From contig PAHD01000013.1 in NCBI GenBank assembly GCA_002704685.1, forward strand, positions 39,988-80,164: a stretch of DNA of 40,177 nucleotides, written 5' to 3'. The translations under genes and the position numbers were made by a program. Of this stretch, positions 18,456 through 28,456 are shown piece by piece. Numbering within the stretch: the first letter of the stretch is position 1; every line of letters begins with the position of its first letter. A model generated the notes under the pieces. The model searched no databases, had not been told where the DNA came from, and was given only the letters and a program-made list of their open reading frames with translations. This DNA comes from Fidelibacterota bacterium (lineage in GTDB: Bacteria; Fidelibacterota; Marinisomatia; SCGC-AAA003-L08; D37C17).

Positions 18456-19475
18456 GTGTCTTTAATTGATGAAATCAGTAAAATTAAATCAATTTTCAAA
18501 TCTGATTTAGATTTACTTAAAGAAAATAAGTTAAATCAAGATGAGGTTAAGTATAAGTATTTAGGAAGAAAAGGGTTAGTATCTAAACTATATTCAAAAT
18601 TATCATCAATTGATAATAAAGAAAAGCCCAAAGCAGGAAAAATAATTAATGAGCTAAAATTAGATATTTCCAATAAGTTAAATACTTTATTTTCAGAAAA
18701 TAATGTTTCTCAAAATCATGCCACTAAATTAGATCACTCTTTACCAGGTTTAAGGTTAAATAATGGAAGTATTCATCCATTAACCTTAATTATAAATGAA
18801 ATTAAGGACATTTTTAGTAAAATTGGTTTTTCAAATGTCTATGGTTCAGAAATTGATACTGATTATTATAATTTTGAAGCTTTAAATATTCCAAAACACC
18901 ATCCAGCAAGAGATATGCAAGATACATTTTACATAGAAAAAGATATCTTGCTTAGAACTCATACTTCAAGTAGTCAGGTTCATTTTATGGAGAATAATAA
19001 TCCTCCTATTCGAGTATTGAGTCCAGGGAGAGTATATAGGAATGAAGATATAAGCGTAAGGAGTTATTGTCTTTTTCATCAAATAGAGGGCCTATATGTT
19101 GATAAAAATGTTACTTTTTCTGATCTTAAAGGTACTTTAGAGTATTTTGCTAAAGAATTTTTTGGTCCAAAAATAAAGATAAGATTTAGACCGAGTTATT
19201 TTCCATTCACTGAACCAAGTGCTGAAATGGATGTATATTGGGGGTTAAATAGTGAATCTGATTATAGAATTACTAAAGGAACTGGTTGGTTAGAAATATT
19301 AGGTTGTGGTATGGTTAATCCAAAAGTATTCAAATCAGTAAACTATGATGTTAAAAAGTGGAATGGATATGCATTTGGATTAGGAATCGAAAGAATTGCT
19401 ATGCTTAAATATGGTATAGATGATATACGTTTGCTTTATGAAGGAGATATTAATTTTTTAGGGCAGTTCAAATGA
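18456..19475 (+). CDS. pheS: Phenylalanine--tRNA ligase alpha subunit
   Basis: HPLTLIINEI, HPARDMQDTFY, LRTHTSSSQV, class II motif 3 region GYAFGLGIERIAMLKYGIDDIR. GTG start lies 2 nt after the rplT stop. Confidence 0.95.
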   Translation: MSLIDEISKIKSIFKSDLDLLKENKLNQDEVKYKYLGRKGLVSKLYSKLSSIDNKEKPKAGKIINELKLDISNKLNTLFSENNVSQNHATKLDHSLPGLRLNNGSIHPLTLIINEIKDIFSKIGFSNVYGSEIDTDYYNFEALNIPKHHPARDMQDTFYIEKDILLRTHTSSSQVHFMENNNPPIRVLSPGRVYRNEDISVRSYCLFHQIEGLYVDKNVTFSDLKGTLEYFAKEFFGPKIKIRFRPSYFPFTEPSAEMDVYWGLNSESDYRITKGTGWLEILGCGMVNPKVFKSVNYDVKKWNGYAFGLGIERIAMLKYGIDDIRLLYEGDINFLGQFK

Positions 19476-21820
19476 AAATTTCACGAAATTGGTTGAATGA
19501 TTATATCATTTCTAATAAAACGGATAATGAGTTAGTTGATTTTTTTACTCAACTTGGCCTTGAATGCACTGTTTCTCAATATAAATTCAATTTTTCTAAT
19601 GTTACAGTTGGTAAGGTTGTAAAGTGTGTTAACCACCCAAATGCTGATAAATTAAAATTATGTGAAATTGACTTAGGAAATAAAACCGAAGAAATAGTTT
19701 GTGGCGCACCAAATATTAAAGATGGTTTAACTGTTCCAGTTGCAAGAGTTGGTTCAAAGGTTGGAGAATTAAAAATTAAAAAAGTTAAGATTAGAGATGT
19801 TTATTCAAATGGTATGATTTGTTCAGGAAAAGAATTGGGAATTAATGATGATCATAATGGTATTATGGTTTTAGATAGTAGTTTAAATTCTGGAGACAAT
19901 TTTATAGATGCATTGAATCTTAAAGAAGATAGTATTTTTGATTTTGATATTACTCCAAATAGAGGTGATTGTTTTAGTCATTTAGGTATTGCAAGAGAAC
20001 TTGCAATAATTGAAAATAAGAAAATTAATTTTAAAAAATATAAATTAAAATTATCTAATTTTAAAACATCTGATTTAATTGATGTAAAAATTCATGAAAA
20101 AGATATATGCTCAAGATATTCCTGTAGAATTATTAAAAATATTAGTGTTAATGAAAGCGCTGATTGGTTAAAAAATAAGTTAAGTTTAATAAACCAGAAA
20201 TCAATTAATAATATTGTAGATTTATCAAATTTTATAATGTTTGATACTGGACAACCATTACATGTTTTTGATCTTGATAAATTAAAAGGAAAAATTAATA
20301 TTAGGCTTGCTAAAAAAAATGAAGAATTTATTACACTTGATAATATTAAACTGAAGCTATCTGAAGAAGATATTGTAATTGCAGATGATGAGAAACCAAT
20401 AGCCTTGGCTGGTGTTATAGGCGGAATTAATAGTAATGTTGATTCTTCAACAAAAAATATATTAATAGAAAGTGCGGTTTTTGATGAAGTTAGAATAAGA
20501 AAAACTTCAAAAAAATATGATTATTCTAAAGAAGCGTCAAAAAGATTTGAGAGAGGTATAGATTTAAATAATACTGTAGATTCAATGAATAAATTTTCAA
20601 ATTTATTGGTAGACACAACCAAAGCAGATATTGCTTCTGATTATATAGATGTTTATAGCACTAAAAATGCTAGATTGATTGCTTTTGATGTTATGAAGTG
20701 TAATAATTTTTTAGGCACGTCACTCAATAGTAAAAAAATAAAAGATATTTTCAGTTTATTAAATATAGATTGCTCAAAAGAAATTAATTCATTTAATTGT
20801 AAAATTCCTTTATATAGAAATGATATAAAGTTTGAAGAAGATCTTTTCGAAGAAGTTGCAAGAGTGTATGGTTATAATAATATTCCTTCAAATAATAATT
20901 TTTATGTACCATCTAATTCATTTATTAATGATCAGGAATTATTAGATGATAAAATTAGAAATTTTTTATCATCTAATGGTTTTAATGAACATTATTCTAA
21001 TAGTTTATATTCAAAAAAAGATTGTGATTTAAATAGTGATCTAAAGCCCGTAAAATTAATCAATCCCCTCAGTATTGAAATGGAATATGTAAGAAATTCA
21101 TTATATCCTGGTTTAATGAGGGCAGTCTCATTTAATCAGCGTAGAGGGAAAAATTTTATAAAATTGTTTGAAATTGGTAATATATCATTTTTATGTCCTA
21201 AGTCATCTAGAAAGACCTCTCAAATCAAGAAAGTGATGTTAGTTTGGTTCGGTGATAAAATTAAACACTGGAATAATCCTTTGCATCAAGATTTATTCTC
21301 CATTAAAGGTGAATTAAAATCTTTATTTAATATGCTAAATATTTTAAACGTTAATTTTAAATTAAATGATAAAAAATTAGATATTCTTGTAGGCAAGAAA
21401 GTTATTGGGTATTTAAAGTCTGTAGAGAGAAATAGTCTTAAAAGTTTTGGTATATCAAGTGATATTTTTGTTTGTTCAATTGATTTGCATCATCTTTTGA
21501 AATATTTTAATAATAAAATAGTTTATAATAAAATATATTCCTTCCCATCGATAGAAAGAGATATTTCAATTTTAATTAATAAAAAATATACTAATGAAGA
21601 AATTATGAATTCTATTTTTCAAAATGGTGGAGAATATTTAAATGATGTTGAGTTATTTGATATTTACGATGGAAATGAGATTCCAAAAAATTCTAAAAGT
21701 TTAGCTTACTCATTAAAATTTAAATCTAATTCTAAAACTTTAACTGATAAAGAAGTCGATATATTTTTTAATAAAATTTTAAATGTTCTAAAATCATCTT
21801 TTAAAGCTAAACAAAGATAA
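19472..21820 (+). CDS. pheT: Phenylalanine--tRNA ligase beta subunit
   Basis: MKISRNWLNDYI; tRNA-binding domain VGKVVKCVNHPNADKLKLCEIDLG; B3/4 and B5 regions; C-terminal FDIYDG...KSLAYSLKF. ATGA overlap with pheS. Confidence 0.95.
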   Translation: MKISRNWLNDYIISNKTDNELVDFFTQLGLECTVSQYKFNFSNVTVGKVVKCVNHPNADKLKLCEIDLGNKTEEIVCGAPNIKDGLTVPVARVGSKVGELKIKKVKIRDVYSNGMICSGKELGINDDHNGIMVLDSSLNSGDNFIDALNLKEDSIFDFDITPNRGDCFSHLGIARELAIIENKKINFKKYKLKLSNFKTSDLIDVKIHEKDICSRYSCRIIKNISVNESADWLKNKLSLINQKSINNIVDLSNFIMFDTGQPLHVFDLDKLKGKINIRLAKKNEEFITLDNIKLKLSEEDIVIADDEKPIALAGVIGGINSNVDSSTKNILIESAVFDEVRIRKTSKKYDYSKEASKRFERGIDLNNTVDSMNKFSNLLVDTTKADIASDYIDVYSTKNARLIAFDVMKCNNFLGTSLNSKKIKDIFSLLNIDCSKEINSFNCKIPLYRNDIKFEEDLFEEVARVYGYNNIPSNNNFYVPSNSFINDQELLDDKIRNFLSSNGFNEHYSNSLYSKKDCDLNSDLKPVKLINPLSIEMEYVRNSLYPGLMRAVSFNQRRGKNFIKLFEIGNISFLCPKSSRKTSQIKKVMLVWFGDKIKHWNNPLHQDLFSIKGELKSLFNMLNILNVNFKLNDKKLDILVGKKVIGYLKSVERNSLKSFGISSDIFVCSIDLHHLLKYFNNKIVYNKIYSFPSIERDISILINKKYTNEEIMNSIFQNGGEYLNDVELFDIYDGNEIPKNSKSLAYSLKFKSNSKTLTDKEVDIFFNKILNVLKSSFKAKQR

Positions 21821-21834
21821 ATTAGGAGAATTAA

Positions 21835-22131
21835 ATGAAGAATAAATTAAAAGTTTCAAAAGTAAATATTCTTGGTCAAGATTATTTCATTCGTTCATCT
21901 GCAAAACAATCTTATTTTGAACAGGTTGAGTCTTACATAAATGAAAAAACAAATGAATTAATAGAAAATGGTTTGAATCCTGAGACTGAACAGCTTAAAA
22001 TTGCCGTCTTAGCATGTATGAATATAACAGATGAGTTGTTTTTGTACAAAACTCAAAAAAAAGAGGTTTTATCAAAAATTGAATCAAAATCAAATGCATT
22101 GCTTGAATTCATAGATGAGAAGCTGACTTAG
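21835..22131 (+). CDS. zapA: Cell division protein ZapA-like
   Basis: 98 aa. VNILGQDYFIRSS is followed by a helical coiled-coil tail, and the position after pheT is the usual one. The call rests on size, pattern and context, so confidence is moderate. Confidence 0.6.
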   Translation: MKNKLKVSKVNILGQDYFIRSSAKQSYFEQVESYINEKTNELIENGLNPETEQLKIAVLACMNITDELFLYKTQKKEVLSKIESKSNALLEFIDEKLT

Positions 22132-22133
22132 TT

Positions 22134-23012
22134 ATGAGTTCTAATCTTTTATTAGGTAAACCAGTTGCTGAAAAGCATTATTCTGTTATGAAAAAAAGAA
22201 TTTTAGAATTAAAAAATAAAGGTATAGTTCCAAAGTTGGTAGTTATCTTAATTGGAAATAATCCTGCTTCAAGAATTTATGTCAATTCAAAAGCTAAGAT
22301 GTTTAAAAATCTAAACTGTTTATCAGAAATCAAAAAGTTAAATAAAGATGTTTCAAAAAATAATCTTTTAAAATTAATTTAGGATTTGAATAATGATAAA
22401 AATATTCATGGGATACTATTACAATTACCCCTACCTAAGCATTTAGATTCAAATGATTTTCTATCAAAAATAAATCCTATGAAAGATGTGGATGGATTTC
22501 ATCCAGAAAATTCAGGTCTTTTATTTCAAGGAAAACCTAGGTTCATCCCTTGTACTCCTTTGGGTTGTGTTAAAATTTTAGAGTATTATAAAATTAATAT
22601 AAAGTCTAAATATATTGTGGTCATTGGAAGAAGTAATATTGTAGGAAAGCCAATAACCTCTCTTCTTTCACAACCATTTGAGATAGGAAATGCAACTGTT
22701 ACTTTGTGTCATTCACATACTACTAATTTATCTGATTATACAAAATTAGCAGACATTATTATTGCTGCAGTAGGAAAGCCTAATTTGATTAAAAAAGATA
22801 TGGTAAAAGATGGATGTATTATTTTAGATATTGGAATAAATAGAATAAATGATCATTCAGATAAAGGATATCATATTGTTGGCGATGTTGATTTTTCAAG
22901 TCTTGTAGAAAAAGCAAGCTATATTACTCCTGTACCTGGTGGAGTTGGACCGATGACAATCTCAATGCTAATGCATAATACAATTCTAGCTGCAGAACTA
23001 TCTATTAAATAA
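22134..23012 (+). pseudogene. folD: Bifunctional methylenetetrahydrofolate dehydrogenase/cyclohydrolase FolD, interrupted by one in-frame TAG (22380-22382)
   Basis: ORFs 22134..22382 and 22386..23012 are in the same frame. Read through, they give ...NNLLKLI*DLNNDKNIHGILLQLPLPKHLD...PCTPLGC...VIGRSNIVGKP...PVPGGVGPMT, a full-length FolD with the stop at a single residue position. Confidence 0.85.
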
Positions 23013-24528
23013 AGTAATTTATACTAACCGTTGGGTTTGTTTCAGGAAATATATATTCATTTTTTGAAGTATTGTGTATGCCTGCATTTTTAAAACAATT
23101 CATATAACAATCATATTCAATTAAATATTGGTCAGTATATCCATGGGTAGTATCATAGGAGCATGAAAGAGTTTTTCCAGAGTTTATTCGAGTTATTTCA
23201 GGGTCAAGAGTATGTAGTTCTATTATTATAAGACCATATTTTTTTATATAAGGTTTCCATTTATGTAAATGTTCAATAAAATTAGCTATTAAATTTCTTG
23301 AATTAATTAACTTACCTTTGAAAGCAAAGCTTCCTTTTGATATAATATCATGTTTGAGAAATTCTTTTGAAGGTTTTTTATAAATTCGGTTATGATCTAA
23401 GAATGTTCTACAATTTAAAAGATTTTTTAGTTTTAAATCGTATTTTTTAATTAAGTCATTATTTAATTTTTTAGGGTTTGAAATATCTCCACTCAGAATA
23501 TAATGATTAATTTTTTTTAAAGTTGATTTTGTTGCAATTCTAGCTTTTTTATTAATATCTGTTCCAACGATTATTAAAGGTTTCTTATTTAAATTTTCTC
23601 CTCTTATGGTATTATTCGTTATAATTTTATATAGATGTTTAAGAAATGTTCCATCACCACAGCCTATATCAATAATACCATCAGGTTGTTCATATAGAGG
23701 TTTATTAAAAATATCTAAAATAATGTTGTCTATTTTTTTAAAATAATTTTTATGAGCTCCTCCACTTCCCCATACATTTAGAGGCCTGTCAACATGAATT
23801 TCAGTATTATCTTCCGTTCTTTGCCAAATAAAGTCAGGTTTACTAGTTAAAAGTTTATTGATATTATTTAATGTATTTAAGTAAGATACTGTAACCCCGT
23901 ATGCTGATGCTTTTGAAATAAAGTATAATCCCTTTTTAGTTAATTTATTATTATTAATTAAACCAAAATAAATGAATAATTTAAAAATTGCTTTTTTAAA
24001 ATTTTTATCAATATCATTTAATATGATTTTACTGTTATGAATTTTTAATTTTCTATTAAAAGATAGTTTTGACAAGATTGGTCCTAGTAAAAATCCTTCA
24101 AAATAATCTGCTAGAAAACTATTTTTTTTATAATTACTACTAATTAAATCATTTATATAATTTAAATAATTTTTAATATCTCTGTTTTTTAAATTGTTTA
24201 TTTTTAAATAAAAAGAAATTAGGAAGTCAATGTTTTTTATTAAATCAATATTTCTTGTTAGTTTGTATAATTTTTTATTTGAATTGAATTTATAATCATT
24301 TATATCATTTTTTTCAATGAGATTGATTAGATTGCAATTCATTAAGGTCCTCAAGCTAACATTTAAATATCCCAAATTAATATTGTTATTTTTATTTAGG
24401 TCATTTATTGTAAAAGATTCTTTTTTATTAATTAATTGAATTATATTTACTTTTTTAAGAGCTAATATTGTAGGCATTAAGACAATACCATCAAGATGTT
24501 TAAATAAAGTTTCTCTAAAATTTTTCAT
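23005..24528 (-). CDS. Class I SAM-dependent methyltransferase-like protein with a long N-terminal domain, substrate unknown
   Basis: Motif I GIIDIGCGDGTFLKHL is followed by IVGTDIN (motif II-like). An N-terminal domain of about 280 aa begins LFKHLDGIVLMPTILAL, which looks like a winged-helix or dimerisation domain. The conserved-looking block HVDRPLNVWGSGGAHKNYF is also present. This is the only minus-strand gene in the first 37 kb. Confidence 0.7.
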   Translation of the reverse strand: MKNFRETLFKHLDGIVLMPTILALKKVNIIQLINKKESFTINDLNKNNNINLGYLNVSLRTLMNCNLINLIEKNDINDYKFNSNKKLYKLTRNIDLIKNIDFLISFYLKINNLKNRDIKNYLNYINDLISSNYKKNSFLADYFEGFLLGPILSKLSFNRKLKIHNSKIILNDIDKNFKKAIFKLFIYFGLINNNKLTKKGLYFISKASAYGVTVSYLNTLNNINKLLTSKPDFIWQRTEDNTEIHVDRPLNVWGSGGAHKNYFKKIDNIILDIFNKPLYEQPDGIIDIGCGDGTFLKHLYKIITNNTIRGENLNKKPLIIVGTDINKKARIATKSTLKKINHYILSGDISNPKKLNNDLIKKYDLKLKNLLNCRTFLDHNRIYKKPSKEFLKHDIISKGSFAFKGKLINSRNLIANFIEHLHKWKPYIKKYGLIIIELHTLDPEITRINSGKTLSCSYDTTHGYTDQYLIEYDCYMNCFKNAGIHNTSKNEYIFPETNPTVSINYFI

Positions 24529-24596
24529 AAATAATTTATTTTAACTAAAAAATATTTAATCTTACTATAATAAGTAATAAATTTATATGCAATATA

Positions 24597-25685
24597 ATGA
24601 GATTAGTACCTAAATATATAAAGAATTTATCACCTTACGTACCAGGTAAGCGTATTGAAGATATTAAAATAAATTCAAATTTAGGTAAAATAATAAAGCT
24701 TTCGTCAAATGAAAATCCTTATGGTCCTTCAAAAAAAGCAATTAAAATAATAAATACTTGTTTCAAAAATCTACATAGATATCCAGATTCATCTGGATTT
24801 TTACTTAGAAAAAAAATATCTAAAATTTATAAAGTTAATATTGACAACGTAATTTTAGGAAATGGTAGTGAAGGTATAATGTCTGCTATAATTAGAACTT
24901 TTCTTAATGAAACTGATGAAATGATTAGTTCAGAAAATTCATTTATTGGTTTTAGAGTACTTGCAAATGCTTCAGGAAAAAAAATAAATTGGGTTAAGGC
25001 AAAAAATTATAAGTATAATTTGCATGCAATTTCTGATAAAATAAATGAAAATACAAAAATTATTTATCTAGCTAATCCTGATAATCCAACTGGAACATAT
25101 TTCAATAAGCTTAATTTTGAAAAATTTATGAACAATGTTCCTGAGCGAACATTGGTTATATTAGATGAAGCTTATTTTGAATTTGCAAGTCATTTAAAAG
25201 ATTATCCTGACTCAATGTCCTATAGATTTGATAATGTAATAACACTTAGGACTTTTTCAAAGGGTTATGGGCTTGCAGGACTAAGAATAGGTTATGGTTT
25301 AGCTCATCGAGAGCTAATTTCAAATTTAATGAAAGTTAAGTTACCCTTTGAACCTTCTACTCCTGCTCAACTAGCTGCACTTGAGGCTTTAAATGATTCT
25401 GAGCATTTAAGAAAAACAATAAAATTTAATATTATTGGTATTGATATGTTGATAAAACAATTTGATTTGCTTGGACTTAGTTATATTGATACTTCAGCTA
25501 ATTTTATAACTTTGATTTTTGATAATTATAAAAAAGCAAGTTATTTTACTAGCTTTATGTTGGAAAATGGAATAATTCTAAGATCTTTAAAAGGATTTGG
25601 GTTAGATAATTGTGTTAGAATATCTATAGGAACAATAAATGAAATAAAGATATTTATTAAAATCTTAAAAAAATATGAATCATAA
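24597..25685 (+). CDS. hisC: Histidinol-phosphate aminotransferase
   Basis: LSSNENPYGPS, ANPDNPTG, LDEAYFEF, and the PLP-Lys motif LRTFSKGYGLAGLRIGY. Confidence 0.9.
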   Translation: MRLVPKYIKNLSPYVPGKRIEDIKINSNLGKIIKLSSNENPYGPSKKAIKIINTCFKNLHRYPDSSGFLLRKKISKIYKVNIDNVILGNGSEGIMSAIIRTFLNETDEMISSENSFIGFRVLANASGKKINWVKAKNYKYNLHAISDKINENTKIIYLANPDNPTGTYFNKLNFEKFMNNVPERTLVILDEAYFEFASHLKDYPDSMSYRFDNVITLRTFSKGYGLAGLRIGYGLAHRELISNLMKVKLPFEPSTPAQLAALEALNDSEHLRKTIKFNIIGIDMLIKQFDLLGLSYIDTSANFITLIFDNYKKASYFTSFMLENGIILRSLKGFGLDNCVRISIGTINEIKIFIKILKKYES

Positions 25686-26523
25686 AAAAATAGACCCAAA
25701 ATCAAATAGTTTAAGAGAGAATTATCATTTATTGATTTCTGGTATTGCGCCAAGACCTATAGCCTTAGTTGGTTCAAAAGATTCTTCAAATAACTTTAAT
25801 CTTGCACCTTTTTCATATTTTAATGCATTTGGTGCAAATCCTCCTGTTGTTGGTTTTTCTCCTGCATTAAGTGGAAGAACAGGATTACCCAAGGATACAT
25901 TGGCAAACATAGAATCGACTAAAGAGTTTACTGTTTCAATCGTTACCTCTGAAATAGTTTATCAGACTAGTTTAGCTTCATGTGAATATGAAAAAAATAT
26001 CGATGAATTTGATAAATCTGGTTTAGGTAAATATAACTCTAATGTTATATCAACTCCAGGAGTTCTAGAATCACCTTTCATTATGGAGTGTAAATTAATT
26101 GATATAATTAAACTTGGTAATAAACCTGGTAGTGGTAATTTGATTTTGGGTGAGGTTGTTTTTTTTCATATAAATGAAGATTTATTTAAAGATGATGGTA
26201 GTATTGATGCATTTAAAATTGATCAGATTGGAAGAAGTGGTGGTGGATGGTATACAAAAGTAAAAGAATCACTATTTAAGCTATCTAAGCCTAGAGGGAT
26301 TGGTGTAGGATTTGATTCTATTCCATATAAATTTTTAAATACTTCATTGACAGGAAATCAATTAGCTAAGTTAGCAGCTATAGAAAAAATACCTAAATAT
26401 GTCGATATAAATATTCCTTTAAATTTTAATAATCTAGTAAAAAAACTTTCAGAATATATAAATAAAGATGAAATTGAAACAGCTTGGAAATATATTTTAA
26501 AATGGAAATATTTAAATGAATGA
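25675..26523 (+). CDS. Flavin reductase-like (FMN-binding split-barrel) domain protein
   Basis: LISGIAPRPIALVGSKDSSNNFNLAPFSYFNAFGANPPVVGFS is typical of the flavin-reductase/DIM6-NTAB family. It overlaps hisC by 11 nt. Confidence 0.75.
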   Translation: MNHKKIDPKSNSLRENYHLLISGIAPRPIALVGSKDSSNNFNLAPFSYFNAFGANPPVVGFSPALSGRTGLPKDTLANIESTKEFTVSIVTSEIVYQTSLASCEYEKNIDEFDKSGLGKYNSNVISTPGVLESPFIMECKLIDIIKLGNKPGSGNLILGEVVFFHINEDLFKDDGSIDAFKIDQIGRSGGGWYTKVKESLFKLSKPRGIGVGFDSIPYKFLNTSLTGNQLAKLAAIEKIPKYVDINIPLNFNNLVKKLSEYINKDEIETAWKYILKWKYLNE

Positions 26524-28456
26524 TATTCTCTGGACTCCGAGTAAAAATCAAATACAAAAATATTACATGTCCAATCTTCAGAAAAAAATTAGCAATAAAT
26601 ATAATTTAGATTTAAAAACATATTCTGATTTATATGATTGGTCAGTTAATAATACTAGTCTATTTTGGGGTTTTTTATGGTACGATTTAGATATTATTTC
26701 TTCAAAAAAATTTAAATATGTTGTTGATGATGAGAGTAAAATGCCAGGAGCAAAGTGGTTTCATGAATCAAGATTAAATTATGCGGAAAATTTATTAAGA
26801 TTTAAAGATAGTAAAAGTATAGCGCTTAAGTTTCTAAGTGAAAATGGACATAAAGAAGAAATATCTTATAAAAATTTGTATGGTTTGGTAAGTAAAGTTG
26901 CATTTTCATTCAAAAGTTTAGGTTTAGAGAAAGGTGATAGGGTTTGTGCTCTTGTGCCTAATAAAATTGAAACAGTTGTAGCAATGTTGGCAGCTTCAAG
27001 TATTGGAGCAATTTGGTCTTCGTGTTCACCCGATTTTGGCATTGAAGCAATTTTAGATAGATTTAAGCAAGTAAAACCAAAATTACTCATTTCTACAAAT
27101 GGCTATTACTTTAAAGGTAAAAGTTTTGATATATCGAATAAACTATCTACGGTTGCAAAATCGATTGATTCAATAGAAAATATTATTGTAATTAATTACT
27201 TGAATAATATTAGTATTAATAAAAAATTTCATACATGGGATAAAATCATTGATAACGATTCAAGTAAAATTACATTTAATCAATTGCCTTTTGACCACCC
27301 TTTATTTATAATGTATTCTTCAGGCACTACAGGAAAACCAAAAAGCATTGTTCACTCTGCTGGAGGAACATTGATTCAGCACTTGAAAGAATTCAAATAT
27401 CATATTGATTTAAGACCTGATGATAATATCTTTTATTATACAACATGTGGTTGGATGATGTGGAATTGGCTTATAAGTTCATTATCTTTTGGCTCAACTG
27501 TTTTACTTTATGATGGAAGTCCTTTTTTCCCAAATAAAAATAGTCTATTGAAAAAAATGAATCATTCAAATATTAGTATTTTTGGTACTAGTGCAAAATA
27601 TATATCTTATCTTCGAGAAAGTAATATCAAGCCTAGCAGATTTTCTTTTAAAAATTTGAGATTAATATTGTCAACTGGCTCTCCATTAAATGATAATTCA
27701 TTTGAGTTTGTTTATAAGTCTTGGAAAAAAAATGTTCAATTATCTTCAATATCAGGAGGTACTGATATTATATCTTGTTTTGCATTAGCTAATCCGAATC
27801 TTCCAGTTATCAAAGGCGAATTGCAATGTTTGGGTTTAGGTATGAGTGTAAAAAGTTATAATTCTAATGGAGAACATCAGTTTGGTATAAAAGGAGAATT
27901 AGTTTGCGATAAAGCTTTCCCTTCAATGCCAATTTATTTTTGGAATGATAACAATAACAAGAAGTATAACAATGCTTATTTTGATGAATTTCCAAATAAA
28001 TGGAAACATGGCGATTTTATAAAAATTAGCAATGAATATAGAGTTAAAATTTATGGAAGATCTGATACTACCTTAAATCCAGGTGGAATAAGAATTGGAA
28101 CATCAGAGATTTATCAAGCTTTAAGCGATTTTAAATTAATTAAAGATTCTTTGGTAGTTGGAAAATTGAAAGATAATGACGAGGTAATAGTTTTATTTGT
28201 TGTACTAGAAGATACTTTAAAATTAAATAATGAATTAATTGAAAAAATAAAGTTCAGAATTAAAAAATATTGTTCTCCAAAACATGTGCCATCTTCAATT
28301 ATTTCTGTTAAAGATATTCCCTATACTATTAATGGTAAAAAAGTAGAAATGGCAGTTAAAAATATTATTAATGGTTTAAAAATAAACAATAAAGATTCTA
28401 TAGCCAATCCTGAATCATTAGATTACTTTAAAAAAATTATAGATTTACATTTATGA
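26516..28456 (+). CDS. Acetoacetyl-CoA synthetase (acetoacetate--CoA ligase)
   Basis: Length 646 aa. N-terminal LWTPS...L..Y..L..WSV...FW pattern; AMP-binding motif MYSSGTTGKPKSIVHS; YGRSDTTLNPGGIRIGTSEIY; PYTINGKKVE (catalytic Lys). Confidence 0.85.
   Translation: MNDILWTPSKNQIQKYYMSNLQKKISNKYNLDLKTYSDLYDWSVNNTSLFWGFLWYDLDIISSKKFKYVVDDESKMPGAKWFHESRLNYAENLLRFKDSKSIALKFLSENGHKEEISYKNLYGLVSKVAFSFKSLGLEKGDRVCALVPNKIETVVAMLAASSIGAIWSSCSPDFGIEAILDRFKQVKPKLLISTNGYYFKGKSFDISNKLSTVAKSIDSIENIIVINYLNNISINKKFHTWDKIIDNDSSKITFNQLPFDHPLFIMYSSGTTGKPKSIVHSAGGTLIQHLKEFKYHIDLRPDDNIFYYTTCGWMMWNWLISSLSFGSTVLLYDGSPFFPNKNSLLKKMNHSNISIFGTSAKYISYLRESNIKPSRFSFKNLRLILSTGSPLNDNSFEFVYKSWKKNVQLSSISGGTDIISCFALANPNLPVIKGELQCLGLGMSVKSYNSNGEHQFGIKGELVCDKAFPSMPIYFWNDNNNKKYNNAYFDEFPNKWKHGDFIKISNEYRVKIYGRSDTTLNPGGIRIGTSEIYQALSDFKLIKDSLVVGKLKDNDEVIVLFVVLEDTLKLNNELIEKIKFRIKKYCSPKHVPSSIISVKDIPYTINGKKVEMAVKNIINGLKINNKDSIANPESLDYFKKIIDLHL

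Noticed and set aside
22380-22382. Genome-wide reassignment of TAG to a sense codon as the explanation for the folD interruption
   Set aside because: TAG terminates several well-delimited genes in this window (ends at 3464, 14198, 22131, 30774, 32071 and 39241). The proteins end at the expected positions and the next gene starts immediately after.
24541-24598. Sigma-70-like promoter calls (TTAACT ... TATAAT at 24566-24571, a second TATAAT at 24593-24598, and a TTGCTA/TATATA pair upstream of tRNA-Val at 17234-17258)
   Set aside because: TATAAT-like hexamers occur by chance very often in DNA this AT-rich. The spacings are non-optimal (19 and 13 nt). If the organism belongs to the FCB group, its promoter consensus differs. 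These are not supportable without TSS data.
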